This document shows, piece by piece, positions 12,708 to 26,900 of a stretch of DNA of 64,000 nucleotides. The translations under genes were made by a program, and so were the position numbers. The number at the start of each line of letters is the position of its first letter. The stretch's first letter is position 1. The notes under the pieces are model-generated. The model saw nothing but the letters and a program-made list of their open reading frames with translations, was not told the origin of the DNA and made no database searches. The stretch is taken from the NCBI GenBank assembly GCA_904063045.1, contig CAJFCJ010000004.1, positions 2,163,713-2,227,712 on the forward strand, given 5' to 3'. Source of the DNA: Dimorphilus gyrociliatus (Eukaryota; Animalia; Annelida).

Positions 12708-14401
12708 ATTTGACTCTAAAAGTAATTGTAAATATACTCTAGTTATTACTCGAAAAACAAGGATTAGCTTTTAAAAAAATCATACCTCTCAAATTGATAA
12801 AACTATACAAGCCATTTTGAACGCGGATCGTGCAATTGCAAAAACGTATCGACTCGATGCTAATATCGATTTTTCAACAGCTGCTTGAAAACGAAAGAAT
12901 TCACGTAGTTGATTATTCAATTAATACATATATTTTTTAAATTGCAGTCTATACCGAATATGTTAATTTGTTTCTTTAAACAGTAGAAAAAAACTTAATA
13001 TTCCTTATCAAACATATTTGATTTATTCTAAAGAAGAGAAAGTGTTTAAGAGGAAAATAAAGGGAAAAAAAGCAATTTTAATGATATACAGTTAGGATAT
13101 AGAAATCAGGTTTTTCTTTTAAAAATCAATCATAACGTTCCCTTTAAAACCAAAAAAAAATAGATATTCTACTTTATTCTAAAAAGAAAAATATTAAAAA
13201 AAAAAGAATTACAGTGTTTTTTTTTTATATTTTTATTTAATCAATAATTTTTCAATTCTAAAAACAAACTTTTTACTTTAAAAACAATTATGAATTGTTG
13301 TATATTATCGCTTTGGCATTAAAATATGTTTTAATATATATTTTACATATACAGTATATACACTATATATATATATATTAATATATGCATGTAAAAATAT
13401 GAATAGTAAGTAATTAAGTAGCTATTTTATACACAATATATATATATATATATATAGTTACATATATTTAATTGTCTTCAATAAGAAAATTAACGAAAAC
13501 AAAGGTATTTATTAGATAATTTATCCATAAGAATTTTTTTGAGCCATATAATTTATTATTACGATTGTTTCCTTACATAAATCTCTTAAGATAACAAATA
13601 TATTATATTTATTCAATGTAAATATTAGAGGGGATTTGATTTCGAAAAGGAAAACATATACTTTTTAATACTACATACATTAGAAAAACTTGTACTAATT
13701 ACTTTATTTTTTTTCAGTACATTCACTTAGATTTTCTTGATGATTAAGAGGAAAAAATATGTTTTTTTTCCATCTTGACATACGCAATATCTATTTATAA
13801 AATAGACTCATTTAAGACAACGTGTTCAAGTTTTTTATTTTAAAATTCAAGAAAAATCAGATAAAGAGAGTGAGTTAAAAAGTACAGTTTCGAACTAAGT
13901 AATTGTGGAAAAACTAACTGGTAACTGTTATTAATTAGTAATGTTTTATAATAAGAAATCTATCGTATTCTTTGAAAATACTAAAACCAATCATTGATTC
14001 TAGAATTATTCATATACGGTATTGACTATTAGATCATTATTTACAAGAAATTGTATCTTTTCAACGCCTCGTCCTAATAGTTTATCTTTTAATTGAAAAT
14101 AAATTAAACTTCATGTTTGTTGATGACTAGACTATAATGTCTCACAATAGTCCTTAAAAAGAAATAAAACAAAAATGCAAAGAGCGTTGAAGAAGGCCTT
14201 ACGCTATATTTAGGTTTAAGTAGTGGTCACTCTTGAGCAGATGTCTTAAGATGTGATAAAAATCTTAAATAAAATGTAACAAAGTATTAGGCGTGAAATT
14301 AATTAATCAATATATTGCTACTTAACATAGTGTAAACAATACATATAGTATAGAGAATTTGCAAAATTTTACTTATATACTGTATATATACTGTATAAAT
14401 T

Positions 14402-14435
<34 letters not shown>

Positions 14436-14996
14436 GTTACAAATGTTACGCATCAATAGAGTAATACAACTGCACTTTTATATTTATTATTAATTTATAA
14501 ACAGAGAGAAATAAGAAATAATCAAAATAATTTAAACATAAAACTATTAGAATCTTGCTGTATATATTATATATATTTTGTTTTATAAATACACTAAATC
14601 TGCCACTAGAAGTACGTGAATACACATAAAAAAAATGAAAGCATTGTTATGATTTTTTCCTTGGTTTTTCAACTTTTTTTTGTTTTTCCTCTTTTACCAC
14701 TAAATGGAGAGATGATAAACATTTGATTATAGAATACTCGTATAATAAGATAATAGATTTAATATTAATATTTCACAATTTACACAAAATTAATATCAGA
14801 GTAGGATAAATAATTTACAACAAATTGACATCTGTACATTTTTCTGCAGAGTGAAGCAGCCACAAATTTTTGAGCAGGTAAAAGATATTACGATTTCAGA
14901 TGGGAAACATTAATTAATATTCAGTTTTTATTGCTTAAAATAAAGAGTTTTTTTGTCTAAATACCAGCAGTAGCAGTAGAATATAACCGCAAATTT

Positions 14997-17900
14997 TTAT
15001 CTTCCACCAACAAAAAAGCTCATCTGTTGTTTAAATATAAAAAATATTAGTATATATAGATACATACAGATAAACTAGAAATCTTTATAGTTTATTTAAA
15101 AGTATAACTAAGAAATTATATCTTTTGAAATTGATTAATTCACTTACTACACTCTCGCTTAATCCCTGAAAGCTGGAACGTCTAGCCTGATTAGGAATAG
15201 CATCTAAAAGCCGACCCCTGCTGTCTCTTCTTCCCGGTTCCTGTTATACATAGAAATCTTATAGTTATTAATCTTTAACTTTTAATAAGTGAGCTTTCTC
15301 TTTGTGAAAGGACAATAAATAAGATCAGAATAGCCTTATTCAATGCTCAAGTGCATACAAGATAATAGTGCCGAGCCGAAAATCATTAAAGCACCACAGA
15401 AACGAGTATATATATATATAAATATATATAATACATATACATACATACATATATATATATTTATTTATTTATTATTAATATTAATAATGTATAATTTGAT
15501 CAAAAAAATTTTCTAGTGTGAAAATTTTTCAGTCCCCTTACCGACATTCTTTTGCCTCTAATATGACTTGCCTCTTTTGGCTAGAAAGAAATTGAAAAAA
15601 AAGAAAGAAAAAAGATTGGAATAGGAAAAATAAAAAAAGCGGACAGGAAATAAAGATGTAAAAAAAAGCCTGTCATCTAGCTTGGTAATTCAAATCTAGA
15701 TGGCGGCACACAACAATACGTTGACTTTACCATTATGTTAGTACATGCCTTCTGCAGGCAGAATAGAGAAAATAACAAACATTTTTATCTTAATATTTTT
15801 GCAGTACTATATTATATATATATATTTTTTACATTAACATGGATTTTAATGTATTTAAAATATATACAAAGCTGTAAATAAATAATAACTTACAGGAACG
15901 ACGATTGGACCCATACTTTGAGTACTAGCCCTTCGGTGACCGCCAAATGGAAGATCACCCTCGAAATCTTGGCAAGAAGGTTCCGATACCAAAATGCTGG
16001 GATTTGCTGCGTGATGACTTTTACTACCTCTTCTACATATTCTATCGAGGACTGCTTGTTCCTCCTGTTGCATAGAATTCGATTAAGGGGCCTCTCACTA
16101 ATTTTTAGCATATTTTAAACTTACGGAACCAAGCCCTTGAAAACTGGAATGCCTTCTGTAGGCTCGGTTAGAAGCTGAAAGGTTCTCTTGAGATGCTCTT
16201 TGCATCTGAAGTTCTGGGGTACTCGGAGCTGTATAATTCAAATAATTATTATTGAATAAACGAACGCATATTTAGCAGGAGGAAGTAAAATAAACCAAAA
16301 CAATTGGATAACGGAGTTGATACTCGAAAAAAGACTCTTTTTTCCTCTCAAAACACATAATTTAGGTTTTATAACAACAGAAGAGAATGCAAAAACAAAA
16401 GCAGCTGTAGACGTCATTCTCCTTAACAAATTTTCTATTATTCGCAAAAAATAACAAAAGATCTTGATGCAAAATTGCAGGCGCCTCTCCAGGTGAACCG
16501 AATAACAAGGCTAATGAGTTACTCTATCACGTGAATACATATTATCCAATCTTAGTATTTTGATTTATAAAAGAAATTCAAAATATTCAATAAGAGAAAA
16601 AGAAAATCTATTATATAATAAATAGCTATACTGTATAATTTCTATAGATGTATAGATATTAAAAAAAAGACAGGATAGAAAATATTAATGAAACATAGAA
16701 AAGTTTTAGAGGAGAAAAGAAGAAAACAAAACTATTTTCAACTATTTCAACTACTTGAAGAAAAGCGAAAGAATTTCTAATAAATAAAGATACAAAGTAA
16801 TTATCTATAAAAATATACTAATGTACTTTATATACTATATATATATATATATAAACAGTATATATAGTATATATTTTTATATCTAACTATGTACATAAGC
16901 TGTGTATATAAATGGTATATGTACTGTATGCCTTTTTGAGTCTATACATCATTAAAGTGGGGTTTAGTATTAATTTAAATAGTATAATGTGAAAAAAAGT
17001 AATGATATTTTATTAAGTGATGAAATATTTAAATGAATGGTAAAGATAGCTTCTCGTTACATGTAAAAAACACCTGAAATTAGCAAATTAGAAAAAGCTC
17101 TATCTATTACCCGTATATACCTGAATACAATAGTCAGCAAAAATAACAGACTTCGTACTCTTTTCCTTTTTTCTCTTCAGAACTTAAGTGTTAAGGTAAT
17201 GAAAAAATAGTTCTTAAGTAAGGTTATAACCTTTTTATCATTGAATAAATAAAGTACTCTCTTATTGATTATAGTATAAAAATATTGAGTATTAGCTAAA
17301 TTATCCTATTAGGTCTGTTTTGCTTTCTTTCCTTTAGTTTTATTCTCAATCTTCTTCTCTACTGCCAGCATTTTTGCATTCGACAAAGAAAAAAACATTT
17401 TGTTCCCTTAAGTTAAGAGCGGGTATTGATAAACCATGATTAAAAAATACGATATAGACGTTACAATCAACATGTTACAAACTGTTCATTAATGTGCCAA
17501 AATCATATGTGCAACATATGCGAATACATGCACGGAAAAAGACCGTATTTCCGTCTTACATAGGATCAATAAGAGTATATATTTTTAGAATAATACTGTT
17601 TGCTTTTTCCTTACACTGCATAAGAAATGAGGAAACTGAAAGAAAAAACATGCTCTTTCTCACCAGTATAGTATACATATGTATGACCATGAAAGCCAGC
17701 CACAGCACTCAAAAATTGTCTGCTAGCGCTGTTATTACTGGCTACATAGCTTCTTCCTGTTGCATTTTTATATTTTCTCAAAGTCATTTTGAAAATAAGT
17801 AAGAAAAAATCGGCGAGAAAAATGCAGTTTTATAAAAAAGCTTTTCTTAAAAATTTGGTTGTTTATATAAATATAAAAACGGGATATTTTTATAGTTCAT

Positions 17901-20900
17901 CTTTTGCAAAAACAGAACACCAATAAATTATCCTCATAACTTTCTCTTTATAACAAAATATCTAAATTTTTAAATGAAAGATTTCAAAAAGTAACCAATA
18001 TATTTTCACCAAAAAGAAATACTTCCTCTTTCTGTTTTCCATTCATTTCTTTGGTGTGTGTGTGTGCGTTTTTTAATATTGTTGTTACTATTGTTCTTTT
18101 AGGTTAGAAAAAATACGAAAAAATGTGAAAATTGATTGAAAAATATTTCATATTTTCACCTTTCTCCTTTTTAGATAAAACATTTTATAAAAAGTGAAAT
18201 TTCTCTGAAAGTTTTCTTCTAATTTCTTTTCTTTTTTTCTTATACATAAATACATAAAAATAGTTGGTATAAACTTTCATTTTTACTGTATATAGCGTGT
18301 TTTCAAGGAAGAAAAACAATAAATATGTTGGTGTCTCTATTTTAACTGGGACGAACTATACAGGCGTCTTGAATGATTCAAAATTCTTTTAACAGAACCG
18401 ATTTTTGTTGGATTTTTTTTTGTTTTGAAAAAGTAAAAAATCTTTCGTTCAAAACGCCATAACCAAAAAAAAAAATAAAAAGTAAAAAAAGTACAAAGGT
18501 AGACAAAATTCGAACCTCCTCCATATCGATTTATTATGCTCGACCTCCGATAATACTGACTGGCCGCCATAACTGTTTGCCATACAATGATATTTCATTA
18601 TATTTTATTAAATTGGCTGGCTGCCATGATTTTTTTAGTGTATAAAAAGCTCTATAATGGAGAGTTGTTTGTTGACTGCGTGACTGTGAGTGTATGCATT
18701 ATAGAAAAGAGACTTAGTCATGATAGCAGAAAATAAGTATAGCAAAATAAAAGGTTAATGACTAGCTAATTAGAAGTCTTTTATCACATAGTAGTAATAT
18801 TCCATTATTTAACTTTGTAGTATTTAACCTTTCTCTTACATGTTAATGTATCAATAATAGTTTTTATCTCTCTATAAATGAAATTAATAAATAAACGCCT
18901 ATTTGTATCCTCAATCAAAAGTACAAAATGAATTAAAAGCGTTTTGTGGCGTTCTGTTCCCTTTTGCGGTGCTGGAACATCGTACCTTTGTAATAGTTAA
19001 ATGCCTTTCTACACTACTCATTGAATGAGAGAAAAAGAACATAAAAGAATGTGCAAAGTGAATACTTTTTTTGCAGTTAAATTTAATAAAATATAATTTA
19101 GTGAATGAATTTACTATCGTGAATAATAATTGGAAAAAAAAACACCGCATGTTTTTATTGCAATCAAGCGGGGTTTTCTTTTTTAATTTATCTGTGAATT
19201 GTATCTAAAGATTGCTCTTTTGTTTGTTTGCTTGTTTGTTTTTTTGTTGTTGTTTTTTTAAAGAAAAAGATGCAGACTGTTGAAAAAACTTAAAAAGTTA
19301 GTTCTATTCAACTAAATGAAGCAAATAAATAATATGTGAAATTGTAGTAACCATGTGATAAAAAAATGAAGAAATGGTACATTACTTCCGTGTTCTCTCG
19401 AAAAAGTTAAATATTTTTTAAGAAATGAAATAGAGGTGCAGTATATTTTAAGAAATCAACAGCAAATGTATAATTGAAGCATCGAGAATCACTGAAGCAA
19501 TGAACCACAGAGAAAATATGCAGAGATCATGCGGGATGCACTTGAATCAGACTATGGATGGGGGCATTTTTTTTCCTTTTCTATGCCACGATTGTTAGAG
19601 TTTTATTACATCTCTTCTTCAAAATATGAAGAATAGTCTGATTCTAGATGCTATTCCTAATATCACAATACGCTACTGTTTTACCGTAATTGTTTGTGTT
19701 AACTCTGAAAAAATATTCAAAATAGATGGATTTTTGTTTTACAAAATATGTTATATGTTTATAATTAATAGATGACTGTAAATGTATAATTTTTGTAGTA
19801 TTAACTGCATAATTAATTAAGCAATTATATATATAAATAAATTATTCTCTAATTAATCGAAATATACATACTACTACGATATTTTGGCATATATGCTTCC
19901 TCCACAGACAGTAAATTCTGCCGTCCAGAATAATCCGAATCTCTTCTAGGTGACTCCGAATTATGATGATTTCTCATATCAATTGATTTTCGTCTGTATT
20001 TAGTAAAGGGTCATCTTTGAGTACATAGATCAATTAAGATGAAATAGTTTATCCCCTCTTGCAAATATAAACATCTTAATTGTCATTTTTTGCCTGCATC
20101 AACTATATAAAAGACTTGGAGACTACACTAGAATTAACTTAATTGATTGAAAATATATTATTAACTTTTTTCAATGACAAAAATATTTTTTACTTTGATC
20201 TACATTTTATTTCCATTTTAAGCCTCTCCTCTATTGGACTTGATTACAAGTATACTTAAAAGAGAGCTTTCATAGTGTTTAAGTAAATTGAAAAGGATTA
20301 CAAGCTTAAGAATGATAGGTTTGGATTTCCTCGAAACCAAATTAATTTTTTTTTATTAAAAGTTTAAAACCCTCTTCTTTCTTCCTTTCTTCTCAATTAA
20401 ACATAGAAAGAGTTTTTATCTACACTCTTTAGAATTGAGTAGCTATTTGTTTTTTAGGGGAAATGATTGTTATTGTAATTTAAGGGTCATTTAATTTGTG
20501 TTGAATAAGTGTTATTTTTAAATTTAAGAGAAAACTAATATATAAAAAGTGTTTCAATTGTCATCGACAATTTCCATAAAATCATATATTTCAAATAGGT
20601 TCCGATCGTTTGATGAAAAAAATCAGTTTACCTAACACCGGATGAAGCTGTAGCAACTTCAGAGCTTTGCAATCGCATTTTACTCTTCCTTTGAAAGTGG
20701 ATGACGTCAAGCATCTCCGTTAGAACATCCATCACTGTCTCAAATTGTTCGACGCTAAGCGTCGGATTGACGGAATGGGGAATGATGGACGGCATGACTT
20801 TAGTCGCTAATAAGTTTGCAGTAAGACCAAATTTCTTATCTGTGAGCATGTGCTTGTAAACATCTGTAAGAAAGCACTTAGTTGTTAAATATTTTAAAGG

Positions 20901-23900
20901 TATAAAGCGGAAGAAATTGCGCCTAATTACAACACTTGCACCTTACGGGTTGACATTTGTAGAAAAAGTGGTTAAACATTTATATCGTCTTATGAAGCTT
21001 ATTAGCGTTCATATTTGATGTGTCTCTCGTATAATTAATAATTAAATTACACCATAAATAGTCTAGGTGACCAATATTTACACAAGGGACATGTAGCACT
21101 TTGTTACAGTAATCAATAATGAATAGACTTTTTAATTCAAATATTGACCATAGTTGAATGTTAATTATGTTTGTTTATAGAAAAATGGGTTTTGATTTAA
21201 TTAGCTAGAAACTATATTTCCTTTGCAGATCCAAATATTCTATTATTGTTAATAAGACAATGAATATTTAATATACATTCTTTAAATAGTAAACTTTATC
21301 ATCTTAATTAGTGTTTAACACTGTATTACTCTTTAAAAGATTAATTTAAATAAATTACTGCAGCTTACAAATTTATTATACATAAGATAGAATAATCACT
21401 TAATTACTATGTATTTATCCAATAAAGTCATTCTATAACAAGAACTTTAGTTTTATTGAAAAAAGAAAGAGTTTCAAGTAGCAAGTTATTTTGTCATTTA
21501 TTAAAAGACACTGCTCTCTGTCTATCCGTTTACTTCTCACTCACTTTCTCTCTCTATATATATATCTCTATATATAAATCTCTCGATCTTTTTTTACTCT
21601 TCTTAATATAAGACAGCTTTCGAGAATGTTATTTAAGTTAACTTCCTCTCTATACCTTTTATATATTCCATGTCCGTCTGTCTTTTTTTTGTCGTTTCTT
21701 AAAATAGCAAGGTCTATAGAACAATTTACTTGTATGATGTAACAATTAATATTAATAAATAAGCTAGTAGAGTCTGTCATCTTTTGGTTGCTTAGTATTT
21801 AGTTTTCCAAGAAAGATGCTTTTTTCTTTGGAATGCCGTTTTATTATCATTTATAAGTAGAATCCTACTTGTAAACTAACTACAAATTTCTACCTTAATC
21901 AGCTTAAAGTGTTAAAATCGGTAAGTTAAGATCATAGAACATCTTAACTTGCTATTTTTTGCACTTTGATTATGTTTAAGTTTAATAACCTCTTGGATAT
22001 GGACAATATTAAGTGGATGTGAATATATATATATATAGTATATATATATAGTATACTGTATATACTGTATATGTTATGCAACTTATTAAAAAGAAAGCAT
22101 ATAAACTTACTGATGACACAAACGATGATTTCTGTGTCTTGTTCTTTTATATCGATCAGAAACGGCAAAACTTCGTCTAATATTAACGTTTTATCTAAAG
22201 TATCCACCAATTTTGAGAGACACGCCAACGCATTTACCTTGACCCTAACGTTAGTAGATTTTTGAAAAAGGGTTTTTGCCTTTGGCAATAAAATTTTTCG
22301 TATTGTTTGATTATCCGTATATTGCTTTATGAATGCAAAAACGTTTATAGCAGCCTCTTGTCCTTGGAGATTATTTGATTCTAAAGTATTGAAAACCATA
22401 GGAAGTATAACGTTTTTAATTTCTTCCTCGTTTGATCTGGCTAGGAGAACCTCTAGTTTTTCAAGAATGTAAATTGTGGCAGGAATTGGGCGAGGTTTGG
22501 AGATAATCGAATGGATGAGTGGAGCTATATAACACTTGTAGTCATCCTCCGACGAGTGATGCATAAAGGATATTAGAACGGACAGGACATGAGTTATGTA
22601 TTCGGAAGTTTTTAAATGGTCTTCTAGCACCGGTAGTATTGTCAGTGTTAATATTTTCTGAAACAGAGAATTGAGATAAATACAAAATATAAATATAAAA
22701 TATATAACATTTATTGAACTAGTGAAATTCTTCTAATTGCTTTGCTGTACAAATCTAAAAAAGTAAGCTTAATCGATATTGGAAAATATAAAATATCCAT
22801 ATCAGCCTTTAATTAGAAGTTAGTCACGCTTTCCTACAATTAAATGAGTTTGTAGTTGGAAGTGGTCGATATTTTATAGCATTTTCTTGAAAAAAGAAAG
22901 TTTATAGAGTAAATTGAAAGCGACATCAATCCTACTAAAGTAACAGTTAATGAAAATTTTTTTTTCTCATTTTTCTTAGCATCCCGCACAGTTGATATTA
23001 TCCAACATAATCAAATGTTAAATTATTTATTATACAGCGCAATCTTTATTCTTTTTTTCCCCTGTATTTATTTATTTTTTTTCCCAGTTCCCTTTCTATT
23101 TTCATCGTACTGTATAAAGATTGTTGATTTAAGGGAAAAAACTGGAAAGTATTGCTATTAATCCTTCCCTCAATTTCATCGACACTAGTCGACTTAAACG
23201 GCTCTAGGGACGCAATATATATATAAAATAAACTGTAATTTTCTTATTTATTTTGTAAGAGAGAAGCTTAAAAATCGAAAGATTGTACTGGCTCATTAAG
23301 GACTTTTGGAGAGGAATATTAAAAGCAAATATACAAAAATAGTCTTGGAGGCATATTCCTACTTAATAGTTCCTTTTTTTAAGTGCACAACCTTTAAAGT
23401 GTAGATTTCAAAAGACGGCTCAAGGTTTTCTGGTTCAGTACGGTCATCAATAAATTGTTGACATCACGCACATATCACATGTTTTAAAAAACGTCTAAAA
23501 AGACTTTAATATTAATGACTGAGAATTGTTTACTCTAATGACAAACTAAAAGAATAAGGTAAATGTAAAGTAAAAGTCGTGCAAATATATTTTGTTTACT
23601 GCGTCCATTTTGAGTGCAGCAATGTGTAAAAAGTTTTTACTCTCTACATATTAGTATTATAATGGTATTGCATCTGAAAAATTTGCAGTTACTCTTATAT
23701 TACACTTTATAATATATTTTTCATTAAATTGATATTGTTTATAAATCCCTTCCTCTCCTTCTTCCTATTTGCTCTCTCTTTCTCTCTCCCTCTGTCTTTA
23801 TTTCTTTATCTATTAACTTTACTTCCAACTACTATTTTAATCATATAAAGGAAAACTTACTTTCGGAATTGTATGAATTATTTGTGACAATTTATTAAAG

Positions 23901-26900
23901 TATTCATATTTCAAGTTCAAGTCATTTCCTTCTAAATGGTCGATATTCTGTACGCATCTCGCCACAGGATCATCAAAGAACTTGAGCTGCAATAGATAGA
24001 AATGTCTCTAATTAAAACAATTAATAAGATTTGAAGAAAAAAAACTGTCTATTATAGATGCAGTCTTTATTCAGTGTACATTTCTTTTTTTAAAAAAATG
24101 AAAGCTAGTAAAGATCAAGATAGAAAAGACACTAGATACTTGTACCAGAAAAGATAAAAGGGAAAAGATAAATAACTGAAATAATAGTATAGATGAAGGT
24201 TACAGAGTTATTTATATTAATAATAACATAGAAAAAAAACAATCTAGCCTATTTTTAACTAAAGTAAGTACTTAATGAATAGTAAAGAAAATTACGGACA
24301 GAAATCACGCTATGAAAGCTTTGGCTGTGGATAAAAAGTAATGTTCTAGTCTAAACGGTTTTCTGTGTGTATAGGTGAAGCCCTATAGGTTGACAACGAA
24401 ATGAGTCAATTCTGAGAAGGAGAGAAACTTTTGAAGAATTTCATCTCATTTCAAACTTAAAATGAAGAAAAATTAAATTATATTCATTCTTTTCTTTTCG
24501 TTTTTCCTCGTAAAACTACTTTTATTTCCTTTGTTTCTCTTTTTAACTATAACATAACAAGATAAAAAGGAAACTTGGACAAAAAAAGACGCGTGTATAA
24601 TGTTATTTTTCCTTAAAGACATATAGAATCGTAATAAAAAGAGAATTATAAAATAATAAATTACTTGTTAAGAAAATTAAGAGCATTTCTCAAGAAATAG
24701 AAACTATTCCTAGTAATATCGTATAACGAGTATTGCGTATTCCAAATGCTGGCTTTATTTTAGGAATTACTCTGAACTAAATAAAAGCCATCTTTAAAAA
24801 TTTTAATGACTTAAAATACTGAATATATATTTTATTACATATAAGCAATGATTAAACCAAGTAAGACTGCAATTTTACTCTTAAAGAAGACTAACTCGTT
24901 AGCACAAAAAGAGCACACACGCTCTCTAGAATAGATAATTTAACGACATTTGTTGCTCCTGCAACGTCTATGTAGTCTCCTTGTCACATTATTTATTTTT
25001 TATCTAATAACATTAATCCTTACCAGATGAGAACTGAGCAAGGTGAACATTTGAGCTGTAGGCCTATATCGAACGTCTTTGTTGATCATTTTCTCCACGG
25101 GTTCTACTAGCGCTAAGGGCATTTTATGCGCTACTTCACCAAATTGATGGGTCAGCTATTTTAAGGAGTAATATTAGAGATTCATTAGTCATTTATAAAT
25201 GTAAAGACAAATTATTGTCTAATTAGATAATTAAAAAGACAAAATAAACCTAAGATTAATTAAGTAACAGTGACACTGAATGTAGACAACTCTTATTTCC
25301 AAAACTGCATTGAACTTGCATAATAAAACTTTATTCATTATGGATCTAAACTGGTTGTTATACTAATAGACATTCGATTTCATGTTATATACAAAAGATA
25401 CTTTTTAAATATCAACTTAAGGGTCATTATAATTTGTTCTAAAGGTAGATAACTATAGTTCTGTTCATGATTTTAATACATCCAATTATGAAACAGGCTT
25501 ACAAATTAGCACGCAAACTTGACTAATTAGGTTTCCGATAAATAGTATAGAAAAAAAATACAACAGGTAGCTATAGATTAAGGATAAAAATTTTCGTCTA
25601 GTACTTAAACCAAGAGCAATAATATATCATGATGGTTCGCTTTTGATCTAAAAGCAATTTCGTACTCTATAACTTCCTTCAACAGATGATTAGGAACGAA
25701 ACTAATGTATCCCAGGGGGATTCTCCATTTATGGTGATACAGCGTCAAGTCTTAGCGGTACTACTAAGACACACGAGTCACAACAATTCTTCAAGTAATA
25801 ATTTAATAGACGAAGGGATTCTATAGACTGAAAGTTATTATTATTAAAACCTACGAAGCCTTAAATATACCAGTCAATTATGTACATGAATAGTTCATTG
25901 ATTAGATAACTCTTTTCATTTGTATATATATACATACAGTATTTAACAGAAAGAGTAGATTTAAAGAAGATTTCAGCTGTGTTTTTTATATGACCTTAAA
26001 TGAATCTATTATAGAATAGAAGAAGATAGAAAGGGAGGTAAAAAATCAATTTATTACTTTAATCCTTCATTCAATACATCTTTGGTCGTATTTAAAGAAA
26101 TGGATGCTTCTAAATCTTTTTTTCTACCGGAAATTACATAGCAATGCTGTGAATGCATTTACAGTATATATACATATACTGTATTAACCAATATAAAACG
26201 AATACTATATTTTCTCAATGATTGTGGTAGAAACTGATTTTAGGTCAAGTTGTGTAATTTACATAACCTTCCGCCTACTAAATGAACAAAACGGAAATGA
26301 GTGTCATTTAAAAGAATTGATTAAAATATATTCTAACCGCATATAACTAACATCAATCAAACTTACCGTTTCTACTCTTTTCGTATAAATTTGTGGATTA
26401 TGTTGTGCATCAATCAGACTAGTTCCGTTTGTATAGAGAGAGCAGATTGTTAATCCTAAGCTGAATATATCGCTTAACTGATTTATCTTTGATTTTGAGT
26501 TTTGTAAAATCTGAATTTCTGGTGCAACATAGTCAAGATGCGGCTGCGTCATCTTTGGATATTTCGGTGTCCAAGGCTGAAACACGAAGAACATTTGCCT
26601 TAAAAGAGGATAATATTTAATCCAAATTTGCTATGGTAATTCGTTATAATATCCCATGCTGTGATAGAGGTAGTTTTACACGTTTCGGAGAGGTTTTCTA
26701 CGTAGCCATACAAAATTGATCATATTGTTTATATGCAAAATATGTATTCAAGCCAGATATATGTACATGTATATACTGTGTTATACTACACTATAAAGTA
26801 TACAGTATATATACAGTATATATGCGGTATATATGCAGTACATAATTTTATTGGTCAAGTACGTATAGAGATACTGAAGAGAAGTATTTTAAGCGAATCA

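Noticed and set aside
15890-16118. ORFs 15890-16111 and 15918-16118, initially suspected retroelement fragment
   Set aside because: No RT motifs. The region is explained by SCYL2-like exons 16228-16125 and 16064-15894 with a 60-nt intron.
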